DNA from: an uncultured Acidobacteriaceae bacterium
Lineage (GTDB): Bacteria > Acidobacteriota > Terriglobia > Bryobacterales > Bryobacteraceae
Assembly (NCBI GenBank): GCA_963730775.1
Contig: CAVSTI010000029.1
Span: 583,265 to 647,264 of the forward strand
Length of the DNA stretch: 64,000 nucleotides
Direction of reading: 5' to 3'
The position numbers were made by a program, and so were the translations under genes. The notes under the pieces are model-generated. The model was not told the DNA's origin and searched no databases. It saw only the letters and a program-made list of their open reading frames with translations. Positions 11,192 to 20,824 of the stretch are shown here, in pieces (the first letter of the stretch is position 1; each line of letters begins with the position of its first letter).

Positions 11192-11205
11192 TTGAACGCG
11201 TTCAA
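11192..11205. promoter_or_regulatory. Perfect 14-bp palindrome TTGAACGCGTTCAA, probable TetR operator site 1
   Basis: The sequence is self-complementary when read directly. It lies 2 nt upstream of the TetR ATG (11187-11189) and just downstream of a TATAGT-like element on the gene strand. Confidence 0.55.
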
Positions 11206-11245
11206 CTATAGTCTTGGCGAAAAGATGCGCCGTGTCAATAGTTAT

Positions 11246-11259
11246 TTGAACGCGTTCAG
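11246..11259. promoter_or_regulatory. Second copy TTGAACGCGTTCAG (13/14 match to site 1), probable TetR operator site 2
   Basis: Its centre is 54 bp from the centre of site 1. It lies just upstream of a TTGACA hexamer on the gene strand (plus-strand tgtcaa at 11233-11238). Confidence 0.5.
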
Positions 11260-11296
11260 AAAATGAGGCAGAAACAGCGATGCGCGGCGGCGGACC

Positions 11297-12478
11297 CTAC
11301 TGCAGTGGCTGAAGACCTACCAGAGGATCGCGTGCGACTACCGGGTGCAGATTGACCTGCGGTATGGAAAGGTGCCAATTCTTGTTGATGGTGTCGATCG
11401 CCGCGTTCGCCATGATCGCGTAGCCTGAGTTTGTCGGATGCATGCCGTCCAAAGAGAACAAGCCGCCGAGAGGACCTGCCGTCAACGTTTTCCCGTCAAT
11501 GACATACGGAGTCTTCATTGTGTTAGCGAACAGCAAATTGACGTCGAAAACAATCACGTTGGGCGAAGCTTCGGCCTGAATAACTGCGTTATAAGCCTTA
11601 ACTGCGTTGCTAGCCGCCTGTACCTGTTCAGCAGTTCGCGTCTGGAAATTGTGGCAAATGTCGCCAACGGGGTATCGCGGATCCGGCGTGATTATGTTCG
11701 GCACAACATATCCGGTAAGGTTTGCACCGCATTTCAGATTGAAAGCCTCTGCCGGTATCAGGAAAGGAATTTGCGTGACATCTGGAATTGTCGCCAGGAT
11801 AAACCGGGCACGTGTTCGCTTCAAAGTTGTGAGCACCTGATCGTAGGAGGCTGTGAATTTCTCTATCGGAGTCGGTGGGAGTCCAAACGTTAACGCCTGC
11901 AGTGCATCATTGCTTCCAAGCGAAATGAGAATTGTGTCCGGATGTAAATCAACGGCACAGTTGACCGAACTTAAGGTGGCTTTCAACAACGGCAGGCCGA
12001 TAGCGCCGCAGTAACTCGGAGGACCAAGCACGGTCAACTCGAGAATATCTTGCGGGTTAGCGCCCAATGGATTCGTCAGAACCTGCGCGACATCGGCTTG
12101 TCTGCTGATTGCATCCGCGACCGTGTAAGACGGAACCGAGAGATTCAGCGTTTGCGTCGCTACGTTGAGGCGCACCCCGAAACCAGGAGCCCTGTCGATC
12201 TGTCCCACCCTATCGATTGTGAGAGCAGGGGGAATGCCTGGATACAGAACAATGGGATTAAGAAGATCCGTCCCGGCTTGTTTAGCGATCAACTCCGCAT
12301 AACCATGCTGGTTGCCGCCCGGAGACATACCCGGACGTGTTTCACTTGTAAATAAGGAGAAATTCTGGAAACCCGCTGTTAGAGAATCGCCGACAACCAC
12401 GAATTTTCCGAGCGGACCGGCATAAACAGCCAAGTTGGCGAGAAGATAAAACGAAAATATTCTAAAACAACTGCGCAT
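11297..12478 (-). CDS. SGNH/GDSL-family hydrolase (lipase/esterase-like), secreted
   Basis: Block I VVVGDSLTAGF, block III LISLGSNDAL and block V FSLDGMHPTNSGYAIMA are present. The N-terminal hydrophobic leader is MRSCFRIFSFYLLANLAVYAG. Confidence 0.75.
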   Translation of the reverse strand: MRSCFRIFSFYLLANLAVYAGPLGKFVVVGDSLTAGFQNFSLFTSETRPGMSPGGNQHGYAELIAKQAGTDLLNPIVLYPGIPPALTIDRVGQIDRAPGFGVRLNVATQTLNLSVPSYTVADAISRQADVAQVLTNPLGANPQDILELTVLGPPSYCGAIGLPLLKATLSSVNCAVDLHPDTILISLGSNDALQALTFGLPPTPIEKFTASYDQVLTTLKRTRARFILATIPDVTQIPFLIPAEAFNLKCGANLTGYVVPNIITPDPRYPVGDICHNFQTRTAEQVQAASNAVKAYNAVIQAEASPNVIVFDVNLLFANTMKTPYVIDGKTLTAGPLGGLFSLDGMHPTNSGYAIMANAAIDTINKNWHLSIPQVNLHPVVARDPLVGLQPLQ

Positions 12479-12576
12479 GGCTTTGTCATGTTCGCATAGA
12501 AATTATCGGAATTACTAGAGAAGCCGAATCCCGCAGGAAAAGATTTTTCCTAACTTAGTCGGCTGCAGTTCGCCCG

Positions 12577-13992
12577 GTGGCGGTCTTCCGGAGTTGTATT
12601 TTAACGATGATGGGCCTAACCGATTTTGCGATACACCAGTTCCTAGAAGATTCGTCCGGCTATCGAGGCACGGCCGAACGGGTTCTCCAGCCGGCTACCG
12701 TGGGAGAACTCGCGGAAATCATCGGCGTGGCCAACGAAAAACGTACACCCGTAACAATCGCGGGTGCCGGCACAGGACTGACCGGGGCGAGGGTACCCCA
12801 CGGAGGCGTTGTGATCTCGCTTGCGCGCTTCCAGGCTCTCGAAGTGTCAAAGGGCTCGGCGCGTTGCGGAGCTGGACTCGCGTTGAGCGAATTACAAAAT
12901 GAGGCAGCGAAAACGCGACAGTTCTTCGGTCCGAATCCGACCGAAAACTCCGCATCCGTGGGGGGAATCATCAGCACCAACGCGGGGGGCGCACGCAGTT
13001 TCCGCTTCGGCGCGATCCGGCGACACGTGCAAGCGCTGCAGGTTACATTTGCCGATGGCCGCACGCTGGAACTGAAACGAGGCGACCGGGTAGACTTCCC
13101 GTATCAGGTTGTGCGTCAGCCGCAAACCACGAAGAATGCGGCCGGTTACTATCTTCAGCCGGACCTGCAATGGGTAGATCTGCTGTCCGGCAGCGAAGGA
13201 ACGCTCGGAGTCGTAACGGAGGCTGAACTCGCCTTACTTCCCGAGCCGGCGGCAATCCTAAGCGGCGTCGTTTTCTTCCGGGAGGAAGAACAGATGCTGG
13301 ATGCGGTAGACGACTGGCGCCATCTGAACGGGCTCCGCCTTTTGGAGTCCATGGACGCACGTGCGCTGGACCTGCTGCGGCCCCGCTATCCCGAGATTTC
13401 CCCGAACGCCAACGCGGCTCTCCTTATCGAGTCCGATCTGGAATCCGAGGATGACGTGGAAGTCGACCGCTGGACCGATCGGCTGGGGCGAGAAGGTTGC
13501 CTCGAAGAAGAATCCTGGTTTGGGATGCAGGCTGCGGATCGCGAACGCTTTCGTGCTTTCCGCCATGCATTGCCCGCAATGGTGGTCGACCGGGCAAGGC
13601 ACGGCAACTGCCGCAAGTTCGGAACGGATTTCGCGGTCCCCCTCGAACGCAATCGCGATCTCTACAACTACTATCGAGAGCGCTGCGACGCGATCTTCCC
13701 GCGGCAGTACACCATCTTCGGCCATATTGGGGATGCGAATGTTCACGTCAACCTGCTGCCCGATACGGAAGAAGGCGCGATAAAAGCGGAAGCGTTGATG
13801 GAGGATTTCGCGAACTACGTTGTATCGCTGGGAGGAACGGTCGCTGCTGAACACGGAGTCGGGAAGCTGAAATCAAATCTCTTAAAGCTGATGTACTCCG
13901 AACGAGAATTGGATGCCATGCGCGAAGTCAAGCGCCACCTTGATCCTTATTGGATCCTTGGCCGCGGCACCATCCTCGACGTTCCCGCCTGA
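12577..13992 (+). CDS. FAD-linked oxidase (GlcD / D-lactate dehydrogenase-like, PCMH-type FAD-binding domain)
   Basis: PATVGELAEIIGVANEKRTPVTIAGAGTGLTGARVPHGGVVISLARF and the C-terminal GGTVAAEHGVGKLK are typical of this family. The start could instead be the ATG at 12607. Confidence 0.85.
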   Translation: MAVFRSCILTMMGLTDFAIHQFLEDSSGYRGTAERVLQPATVGELAEIIGVANEKRTPVTIAGAGTGLTGARVPHGGVVISLARFQALEVSKGSARCGAGLALSELQNEAAKTRQFFGPNPTENSASVGGIISTNAGGARSFRFGAIRRHVQALQVTFADGRTLELKRGDRVDFPYQVVRQPQTTKNAAGYYLQPDLQWVDLLSGSEGTLGVVTEAELALLPEPAAILSGVVFFREEEQMLDAVDDWRHLNGLRLLESMDARALDLLRPRYPEISPNANAALLIESDLESEDDVEVDRWTDRLGREGCLEEESWFGMQAADRERFRAFRHALPAMVVDRARHGNCRKFGTDFAVPLERNRDLYNYYRERCDAIFPRQYTIFGHIGDANVHVNLLPDTEEGAIKAEALMEDFANYVVSLGGTVAAEHGVGKLKSNLLKLMYSERELDAMREVKRHLDPYWILGRGTILDVPA

Positions 13993-14073
13993 TCGCCGGA
14001 CGATTACAGAATTCGGCTCTCCCGTCCGGTACGCTTGCCTGGCTGTGGTCCGTGCCGCTATAAGCTGGTCGGC

Positions 14074-16326
14074 ATGAGTTCAGCCCGCCGTTCGCTTTCG
14101 GTTCCACAAGGCGCGTTGGCTTTGTTTGCACTTTGTGCCGGGCTCGTCGCCGCCGCACAACCCGACCGGCCCTGGCAGCGGTTGCAAAATCTCACAGCTA
14201 AGCAGATTGAAGCAATCTGGCAATCGCCTCCCTCCGAGTATGGTCCTCAGCCGTACTACAGTCTCGGCGGTCCAGTGACCGTTGAAGTGGTCGCTCGGGA
14301 CCTGGACACCATGCACAAGCTGGGATTCCGCGCGGTTACGGTGCAAGCCGGCTTCAACATGCCGTTCGACTATCTCTCGCCTCAGTATTTCGAGTTCTTC
14401 CGCGCATTTGTCGCTGAAGCAAGAAAACGAGACATGCGGATCTGGATCGTCGACGACGCTGGTTATCCAAGCGGGTTTGCTGGAGGAAAATTCACGGCCG
14501 ATGCTCCACAGCTCCGGATGCAGGCATTGGTGATTGGGCAGAAGCTCACGGTGACTGGCGGTTCTGCGGTGCACCAGGTGATGCAACCGGAAACAGTAAG
14601 CGCCATCGCCGTTCGATCCGATGGAAGCACGCAAGCCGTTCCGCTGCGCGACGGCAAACTCGATTGGACGACTCCCGACGGCAATTGGACGGTGCTGACG
14701 GTAGAGCACCAGTTCCGGACCTCACCAACCAGGTCCGACACGAATAAGAATCGCGTGAAGGATACCTCGCAATCGCTCGAAGACTATCTGGACGCGGAAG
14801 CGACGAAGCAATATCTCAATTACACGCACGAACGATACAGGAAATATGTCGGCGATGAGTTCGGGAAAACGGTTCTGGGCTTCCGCGGGGACGAGCCGGA
14901 CTACTCGATTGCAGGTCTCCCATGGACGCCCGCTTTCTTCCGTCGCTTTGAACAGATCAAGGGCTACGACATTCGCCCGTTTGTCGGCGCTTTTGTCCCG
15001 GTTCCCTCGTCGCGCAAATCGGAGGTCGAGATAGAACTCACTCCTGAACAGAAACGTGCGAAGGCCGATTACTACGACGTCTTCTCTCAACTCTTTGCCG
15101 AGAATTTCTTCAAGCCGCAGGCAGACTGGTGCGCGGCCAATGGCCTGGAGTATCAGGTACACCTCAATCACGAGGAGATGGAGATGCAACTCGTGCACAG
15201 CGAAGGCGAGTTTTTTCGCGACTTTCGCAGCGTGCAGGTGCCTGGAATAGACGCGATCTGGCACCAGATCTGGAAGGACACCGTATCCGACTTCCCGCGC
15301 CTGGCAAGCTCCGTCTCCCATGTGTACGGCAAGCCTCGCGCCTTTACCGAATCCTTTGCCGCCTATCGTCCGACGCCCGATCTCGATATGGCCCGCTACA
15401 TCCTGGATGAGCAATTCGTGCGTGGCGTGAATCTGGTCGAGGCTATGTACTTCCCGGCCACCTCTGCGGGTCCGAAGCCTCCGCCTTCGTATATGGGCTT
15501 AGCAGGTTTTCCGGACCTGCTCACTTATGTGCGCCGGATGAGTTATCTGTTCAGCATGGGCCGCCCGGACGCTGGAATCGCACTCTATCTCCCATCCAGT
15601 TCCATGTGGTTGGGCGATGCTAGTGCTGACGTTGCATTCGTCTCCGCTGAACGCATGCTGAGCGAGCACCAGATTGATTTCGATGTGGTGAGCGAAGACG
15701 CACTCGGCCGCGATCTGAAACTGGTTGGAGGCACACTGGCGACGGAGAGCGGGAACAAGTACCGCAGCGTCATCATTCCTGGAGCGACGGTTCTGTCCCA
15801 GGAAGCACTCGCAAGGCTACAGTCATTGCGGGCCAACGGAGGCAAGGTGCTCTTCCTCGGCGGAACACCTCGCCTTATCTCAGGCCGAACTTACAAGGAT
15901 GCGCGCCAGTGCAGACGGGCCGAGTTCGTCTGGGCTGATGTGGCAACCGGCGAATTGCCCGCCACACCGACGCCTCCGGCCGAACCGCCGCTAGAACCGC
16001 CAGCGCCGCTTCAAATCCCAGCGGGAATGTTGGAAGCCGTCTATCGCGCAGTCGGGAATCCGACGGTCGCGCTCGATACACCCGATACGGACCTCCGTGT
16101 GATGAAGCGGCGCTGGAAAGATGCGGACGTGTACCTGTTCTTCAACGAAGGTCCAAAGGCCACATCTCACAGGATCACCCTGCAGAGTCGGGGCAAGGCC
16201 GAGTCGTGGAATCCTCAAACGGCAGCGATCACGGAACTTGCCGCGAAGAGCACAAGCGGAGCATTGACGTTCGGGCTTCCGCTGAGGCCATACGAAAGTC
16301 ATATCGTCGTAGTCGTTGCCGATTGA
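14074..16326 (+). CDS. Secreted glycoside-hydrolase-like protein (GH106-like by N-terminal pattern; family uncertain)
   Basis: The signal peptide is MSSARRSLSVPQGALALFALCAGLVAAAQ. The N-terminal pattern W..PP.EYGP.PYY......VT.E.V.RDLDTMHKLGF.AV...YLSP.YF...A....MRIWIVDDAGYPSGFAGG recalls 'glycosyl hydrolase-like' families. This has not been verified by a search. Confidence 0.45.
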   Translation: MSSARRSLSVPQGALALFALCAGLVAAAQPDRPWQRLQNLTAKQIEAIWQSPPSEYGPQPYYSLGGPVTVEVVARDLDTMHKLGFRAVTVQAGFNMPFDYLSPQYFEFFRAFVAEARKRDMRIWIVDDAGYPSGFAGGKFTADAPQLRMQALVIGQKLTVTGGSAVHQVMQPETVSAIAVRSDGSTQAVPLRDGKLDWTTPDGNWTVLTVEHQFRTSPTRSDTNKNRVKDTSQSLEDYLDAEATKQYLNYTHERYRKYVGDEFGKTVLGFRGDEPDYSIAGLPWTPAFFRRFEQIKGYDIRPFVGAFVPVPSSRKSEVEIELTPEQKRAKADYYDVFSQLFAENFFKPQADWCAANGLEYQVHLNHEEMEMQLVHSEGEFFRDFRSVQVPGIDAIWHQIWKDTVSDFPRLASSVSHVYGKPRAFTESFAAYRPTPDLDMARYILDEQFVRGVNLVEAMYFPATSAGPKPPPSYMGLAGFPDLLTYVRRMSYLFSMGRPDAGIALYLPSSSMWLGDASADVAFVSAERMLSEHQIDFDVVSEDALGRDLKLVGGTLATESGNKYRSVIIPGATVLSQEALARLQSLRANGGKVLFLGGTPRLISGRTYKDARQCRRAEFVWADVATGELPATPTPPAEPPLEPPAPLQIPAGMLEAVYRAVGNPTVALDTPDTDLRVMKRRWKDADVYLFFNEGPKATSHRITLQSRGKAESWNPQTAAITELAAKSTSGALTFGLPLRPYESHIVVVVAD

Positions 16327-16370
16327 TTCCCGCTTCAGTCCGTGATTCGCGGGTCCGTCGACGCGGGTTG

Positions 16371-17546
16371 CTATGTCCGTAGACTTTGCAGTCTTTCGGC
16401 CGCCAGGGCCAGTGTTTCCGGACGCTTGGCAAAACAGAAGCGGACTAAGCGGGACGTGCCACTTTCGGTACTAAAAAAACTTGAACCTGGCACCGCAGCG
16501 ACCCCTACTTCCTCCACCAGATGTTTCGCGAAAGCGAAATCATCCGGGAATGGCAAATCCCCCAGGTCGCACATGACGTAGTACGCGCCTTTTGGAACGA
16601 AACACCGCAACCCGACCTGTTGCAGAATCGAGACGATGCTATCGCGTTTCGCCCGATAGGTCGCGCCTAGCTCTGAGAAATACTCATCAGGCAACTGAAG
16701 AGCCGTAATCCCCGCCTGCTGCAATGGCGTGGCGGCGCCAACGGTCATGAAGTCATGCACTTTCCGAATCGAGTTTGTCAGTTCCGGAGGCGCAATCACC
16801 CACCCCACTCGCCAGCCCGTGACAGAAAAGGTCTTGCTCAGGCTGTTCACGACAACGCAACGCTCACGCATGTCCGGCAAGCTAACGGCAGGAACGTGTT
16901 TCGTGTCATCGAAGATGATGTGTTCGTAAATTTCGTCCGTGATGAGGAGGCAGTCGAATTCCTGGCACAACCCTGCGAGCACTTTGAGTTCAGCGCGAGA
17001 GAAAACCCGGCCGGTCGGATTGTTCGGCGTATTCACAATGAGGGCGCGCGTGCGCTTATTGAACGCTCGTCTTAGTTCCTCCGGATCAAACGTCCAATCG
17101 GGCTGGTGCAGGCGAACGAAGCGGCATACCGCTCCGCTCAACAATGAATCGGGCCAATAGTTCTCGTAGAACGGCTCGAATACGACAACCTCGTCCCCGC
17201 TGTTGAGCAACGCGAGTAGCGTGGCCATCATGCCTTCCGTGGCGCCACAGCAGACGGTGATCTCGCGCTCCGGATCGAAATGAAGTCCGTAGAAACGCTG
17301 ATAGTAGTCGCTGATTGCGTGGCGAAACGGCTTCAGGCCCCAAGTAATCGAGTACTGGTTGATATCTGCCGCAATGGCTTCCTGGGCCGCCAGCTTAACA
17401 GCGGCGGGCGCACTGAAATCCGGGAACCCCTGCGCCAGATTAACGGCTCCATGTTGGTGCGCGAGCCTGGTCATTTCCCGTATGACCGACTCCTTGAAAC
17501 CGGTTATCCGCGCGCTTTGAAAACGGTTCTGAGCTATCGCCGCCAT
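16371..17546 (-). CDS. Class I/II PLP-dependent aminotransferase (methionine/kynurenine aminotransferase YbdL-like)
   Basis: VNLAQGFPDF, NTPNNPTGRVFS and the PLP-lysine motif NSLSKTFSVTGWRVGW are present. Confidence 0.85.
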   Translation of the reverse strand: MAAIAQNRFQSARITGFKESVIREMTRLAHQHGAVNLAQGFPDFSAPAAVKLAAQEAIAADINQYSITWGLKPFRHAISDYYQRFYGLHFDPEREITVCCGATEGMMATLLALLNSGDEVVVFEPFYENYWPDSLLSGAVCRFVRLHQPDWTFDPEELRRAFNKRTRALIVNTPNNPTGRVFSRAELKVLAGLCQEFDCLLITDEIYEHIIFDDTKHVPAVSLPDMRERCVVVNSLSKTFSVTGWRVGWVIAPPELTNSIRKVHDFMTVGAATPLQQAGITALQLPDEYFSELGATYRAKRDSIVSILQQVGLRCFVPKGAYYVMCDLGDLPFPDDFAFAKHLVEEVGVAAVPGSSFFSTESGTSRLVRFCFAKRPETLALAAERLQSLRT

Positions 17547-17578
17547 CCTGTGATTGTAAGGCCCCGGAACGTGAACAA

Positions 17579-19846
17579 CTAGGTACGGCGCACGGGGCGC
17601 TTCCTCCGTATCCTTTCCTTGGGAGCCGGCTTGGGACGATAAGCGGGAATCTCCGGCACGGTCCCCGCATACAGGCGCCGATACGTATCCGCATTCCTGA
17701 GCACTACCTGCACGTAAGTGCGTGTCTCATGAAACGGAATGGTCTCCACGAATTCGGCCTGTTCGCGAAAAGGGCCCCAGCTCTGCCACAACTTGGCGCG
17801 GCTGGGGCCTGCGTTATATGACGCCAGAACGTACTCCTCCTGGCCTCCAAACGTATTCATCAAATCTCGGACGTACAGCGTCCCGAGCTGAATGTTGCGG
17901 TCCGCCGACAGAAGCTGAGGAGCGGAAAACCGCTTTACACCCACCCGCCGAGCGAGTTGCCTGCCTGTTGCGGGCACGACTTGCATCAAGCCGTACGCGT
18001 TGGCATGCGAGATCACGCTGGCGTTAAACTCCGACTCTTGTCGAATGAGAGCCGCCACGAAGAACGGATCAAGACTCTGCTCGTGACTGCGTTCATCGAT
18101 GCTATATCGGTACGGAATCGGAAATGCCAGCTGCCAGAATTTAACCGGCGCCTGCTCGAACGGCATGTACAGATAACCCGGCGCGTAATGCTTGATGTAC
18201 CGCAAGGCCTGATCCGGAGCCTTTCGCTCGTCCGCCAGCTTCGCCAGCTCGAACGCGTACACGTTCGATTGATCGCCGTCGTTGGCAGCCCCAAACTTCA
18301 GCTCGTTCTCCGCAAAATCGTTCATGCCCGTGACTTGCAATGACTGTGCCCTACTGATGCGTGTCGTTGCAAGTTCCCCGGGCGAAAAGCTCGGGAACTC
18401 GGGACGCGCCGGCCAATTAACCGCATCGAGAAACTCTTTGGTTGCAGGGCTCGGAGTAGCGGCCTGCAAAGCCGGAAGTTTCAAGCGTTCGCGCGCAGCC
18501 AGCGCATAGTAAGTTTTCGGATACCGTCGCTGCAGTTCCTCATAACACGCTCGTGCGGCCCCGAGATCATTCTTTCCCTCTTCCAGCCGGCCGAGAAAAT
18601 AAACTGCGTCGTTGATGTCCTCCGAACTCGGGTATAGGCGGACATGGCTTCGCAACAAATCGTACGCGTCTGCGCCATCCGTGTGATAGCTGTGAAACGC
18701 CAGCCGCCAATGGCAGTGTGCGGCGATCGGATCCGTGGGGAACGAGGTCGCGCAGGCCTGATAGAGAGGAAGGAACGTCCCGGGATCATTCTCTGTTCGA
18801 GCTTGGTCGGCGAGCAGCACAAGCGCATCCAGACGCCACTTTGACATCGGATGAAGCTGCTCAAGTTGCGTCACGTAATTGCGCACGTCTGCGTGACGAT
18901 CGGGTTTCCGCGAACACCGGATCAGGTAGTTGAGCCGCTCCGCATCTGCCTCCGGATCATCTACCTTCAGCGCCGAAAGGTATGCAAATGCATCGGCAAC
19001 ATGGTTCGATTGATAGTCTGCGACGCCCAGCCGGACGCGAGCCAGATCCTGCTCCGCGCCACTTAACTGCGGAATGGCGGCTGCAAGCTCCAGCCGCGCG
19101 GGTGCGGGATTCTTGGCATCGAAAAGCCGCTGCGCGCGGCGGAGGAGCATCTTCGGAGTCGGGTGAGGGAGTGCGTCTCCTAACTTGGCCTTCAGGTCCA
19201 CCAGGGCGTTCGCCGCATCAGTCGCCTCTTTGGCGGTCGGGTATTCATAGTAGACCCGCTGAAAGTATTCTGTCGCTCGTGGCAGGTCGCCATTTGCCTG
19301 ATAGCACCGGCCGAGAAGCAGGCTGCTCTCCGGTTGTGGAACGACCTCGGCATATTTCGTCATCAACGCAAGCGCCTGCTTGGGACGGTCGCCCTCCAGG
19401 TCTGCCCGAACGGCAAGGGCAGCAGCAGGGCTCACCAGTGGCGACGCTGGTACGAAATCGAATATCTTTTTAGCCGATTCCCCCACGTTGCTGTAGTTCT
19501 TCAACTCATATTCAGCTTGGGCGCGAAGATACTCAGCGTAATCCCGAAGCGTTGGCGCTTTGCTCGAGGCTCCCGTCGCGTATTCCACCGCAGCGGCATA
19601 GTTCTTGCGGTTTAGCTGGTTCTGCGCTGCCGCAATCATGCCGGCCGCGCCAACCATTTTGAGTGGCGGAGGGGCAGGAACGGCAGCTTTCGGTCGAGCC
19701 GTTTTGCCTACGGACTTTTTCTGATTGGCGCCGGGCAGGACGGCCCCGAACAGGAGGATCGTAAGGAGCAAAACGGCCCCGTTTCGTCCCAATGCAATTA
19801 CGCTAAATGAGTTGCCCAGGATAATCGGCTCCGAGCCGTTTTTCAT
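17579..19846 (-). CDS. Soluble lytic murein transglycosylase (Slt70-like: superhelical/TPR-like N-terminal region plus SLT domain)
   Basis: The SLT catalytic motif is ALIRQESEFNASVISHANAYGLMQVVPATG...YNAGPSRA. An N-terminal signal or anchor is present. The ATG at 19844-19846 overlaps the upstream gene by 44 nt. Confidence 0.85.
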   Translation of the reverse strand: MKNGSEPIILGNSFSVIALGRNGAVLLLTILLFGAVLPGANQKKSVGKTARPKAAVPAPPPLKMVGAAGMIAAAQNQLNRKNYAAAVEYATGASSKAPTLRDYAEYLRAQAEYELKNYSNVGESAKKIFDFVPASPLVSPAAALAVRADLEGDRPKQALALMTKYAEVVPQPESSLLLGRCYQANGDLPRATEYFQRVYYEYPTAKEATDAANALVDLKAKLGDALPHPTPKMLLRRAQRLFDAKNPAPARLELAAAIPQLSGAEQDLARVRLGVADYQSNHVADAFAYLSALKVDDPEADAERLNYLIRCSRKPDRHADVRNYVTQLEQLHPMSKWRLDALVLLADQARTENDPGTFLPLYQACATSFPTDPIAAHCHWRLAFHSYHTDGADAYDLLRSHVRLYPSSEDINDAVYFLGRLEEGKNDLGAARACYEELQRRYPKTYYALAARERLKLPALQAATPSPATKEFLDAVNWPARPEFPSFSPGELATTRISRAQSLQVTGMNDFAENELKFGAANDGDQSNVYAFELAKLADERKAPDQALRYIKHYAPGYLYMPFEQAPVKFWQLAFPIPYRYSIDERSHEQSLDPFFVAALIRQESEFNASVISHANAYGLMQVVPATGRQLARRVGVKRFSAPQLLSADRNIQLGTLYVRDLMNTFGGQEEYVLASYNAGPSRAKLWQSWGPFREQAEFVETIPFHETRTYVQVVLRNADTYRRLYAGTVPEIPAYRPKPAPKERIRRKRPVRRT

Positions 19847-20774
19847 CGCCGTCGGCGGCCACGCGAACCAGTTCCATGTGCAGGTAATCCACCATGCTCG
19901 GGATCACCATGAACTGTGTCCGGAAGGCGTTACGGGCCGCTTCGATTTCGTTTTTGAGGAAGAGATAAAGATTTCCTTTTTCTCGGCCCGCTCGACATGC
20001 CTCAGGTCGCGAAATCTGCATCTCCGCTACCGTGACACGCGAAAACCGTTGCGCGCGTATGTGCAGCGTCTGCCCCTTCTCATCAAGATCCGCCCACTTC
20101 GGAAGAGCCCGCGTCCGAGTGGCCTGGGGCGGAGTTTCCGGCGGGCGGAGCGTCTCTGGTGGTTTCTCGTTCGCCTGATTCGGCGCCAATCCTGAAGCTT
20201 CAGCGGCTGTCAATTTCAGAGCGGGTGTAATCTGTCCGTGCATTTCGCGATTGGATTGGCGCTCGAGCACTGCCGCGGCCACGCCGACGACCAACTCAAG
20301 TCCGTTCAGGTCTGCCTGCGCGTCATCCGCCGCGAACACAACGGCCACCACGCGATCGCCATTCATGACAGGCAAGAGATGCGCACGCCCGGAGGCATTC
20401 GAACGACTCAACGGTTCCGTGATTTCCGAAGGCGTGCGCAGCGCCACCACAGCATCCTTGGCGTCGATAGCGCTTTGAAACGCGGGGGCAGACGCAACCG
20501 AAAACTGAAGATCCTCGGGCAAATCGAGATTTATCTGCCTCCGGAGCACAAGCAGATCATTTCTCACCTCGAACACAGCGGCTTGCGGGGTAAACCGAGC
20601 AAGCGCATCAATCAATGCTGATGACCATTCCCGCTCGCCCTGATACTGGCGCAAACGACGGATGGATTGATTCAGCTCTTTCGTCAACTCGGAGCGGGCA
20701 GTCTTCTCAGCCTGCAAACTCAAGGAGGTTAGCTCACGCTTGAGTTCTTCCCAAGCCCGATCGGGGAAATTCAT
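19803..20774 (-). CDS. Hypothetical cytoplasmic protein (N-terminal coiled coil, possible GAF-like middle region, conserved-looking C-terminal helical domain)
   Basis: The 323-aa ORF lies between asmA-like and slt-like genes on the same strand. I recognise no definitive motif. The segment GRAHLLPVMNGDRVVAVVFA is only suggestive of GAF-type sheets. Confidence 0.4.
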   Translation of the reverse strand: MNFPDRAWEELKRELTSLSLQAEKTARSELTKELNQSIRRLRQYQGEREWSSALIDALARFTPQAAVFEVRNDLLVLRRQINLDLPEDLQFSVASAPAFQSAIDAKDAVVALRTPSEITEPLSRSNASGRAHLLPVMNGDRVVAVVFAADDAQADLNGLELVVGVAAAVLERQSNREMHGQITPALKLTAAEASGLAPNQANEKPPETLRPPETPPQATRTRALPKWADLDEKGQTLHIRAQRFSRVTVAEMQISRPEACRAGREKGNLYLFLKNEIEAARNAFRTQFMVIPSMVDYLHMELVRVAADGDEKRLGADYPGQLI

Positions 20775-20824
20775 TCAGAACTGTTCCGATTTTATCTGAG
20801 CTTCTGAAGAAAGCTTCGTGGCGG

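Noticed and set aside
12535-12551. Hairpin AGGAAAA-GAT-TTTTCCT as a terminator
   Set aside because: It lies between two divergently transcribed genes (SGNH hydrolase and FAD oxidase), so there is nothing for it to terminate. The stem is AT-rich and short. At most it is a regulatory site, and I have no support for that.
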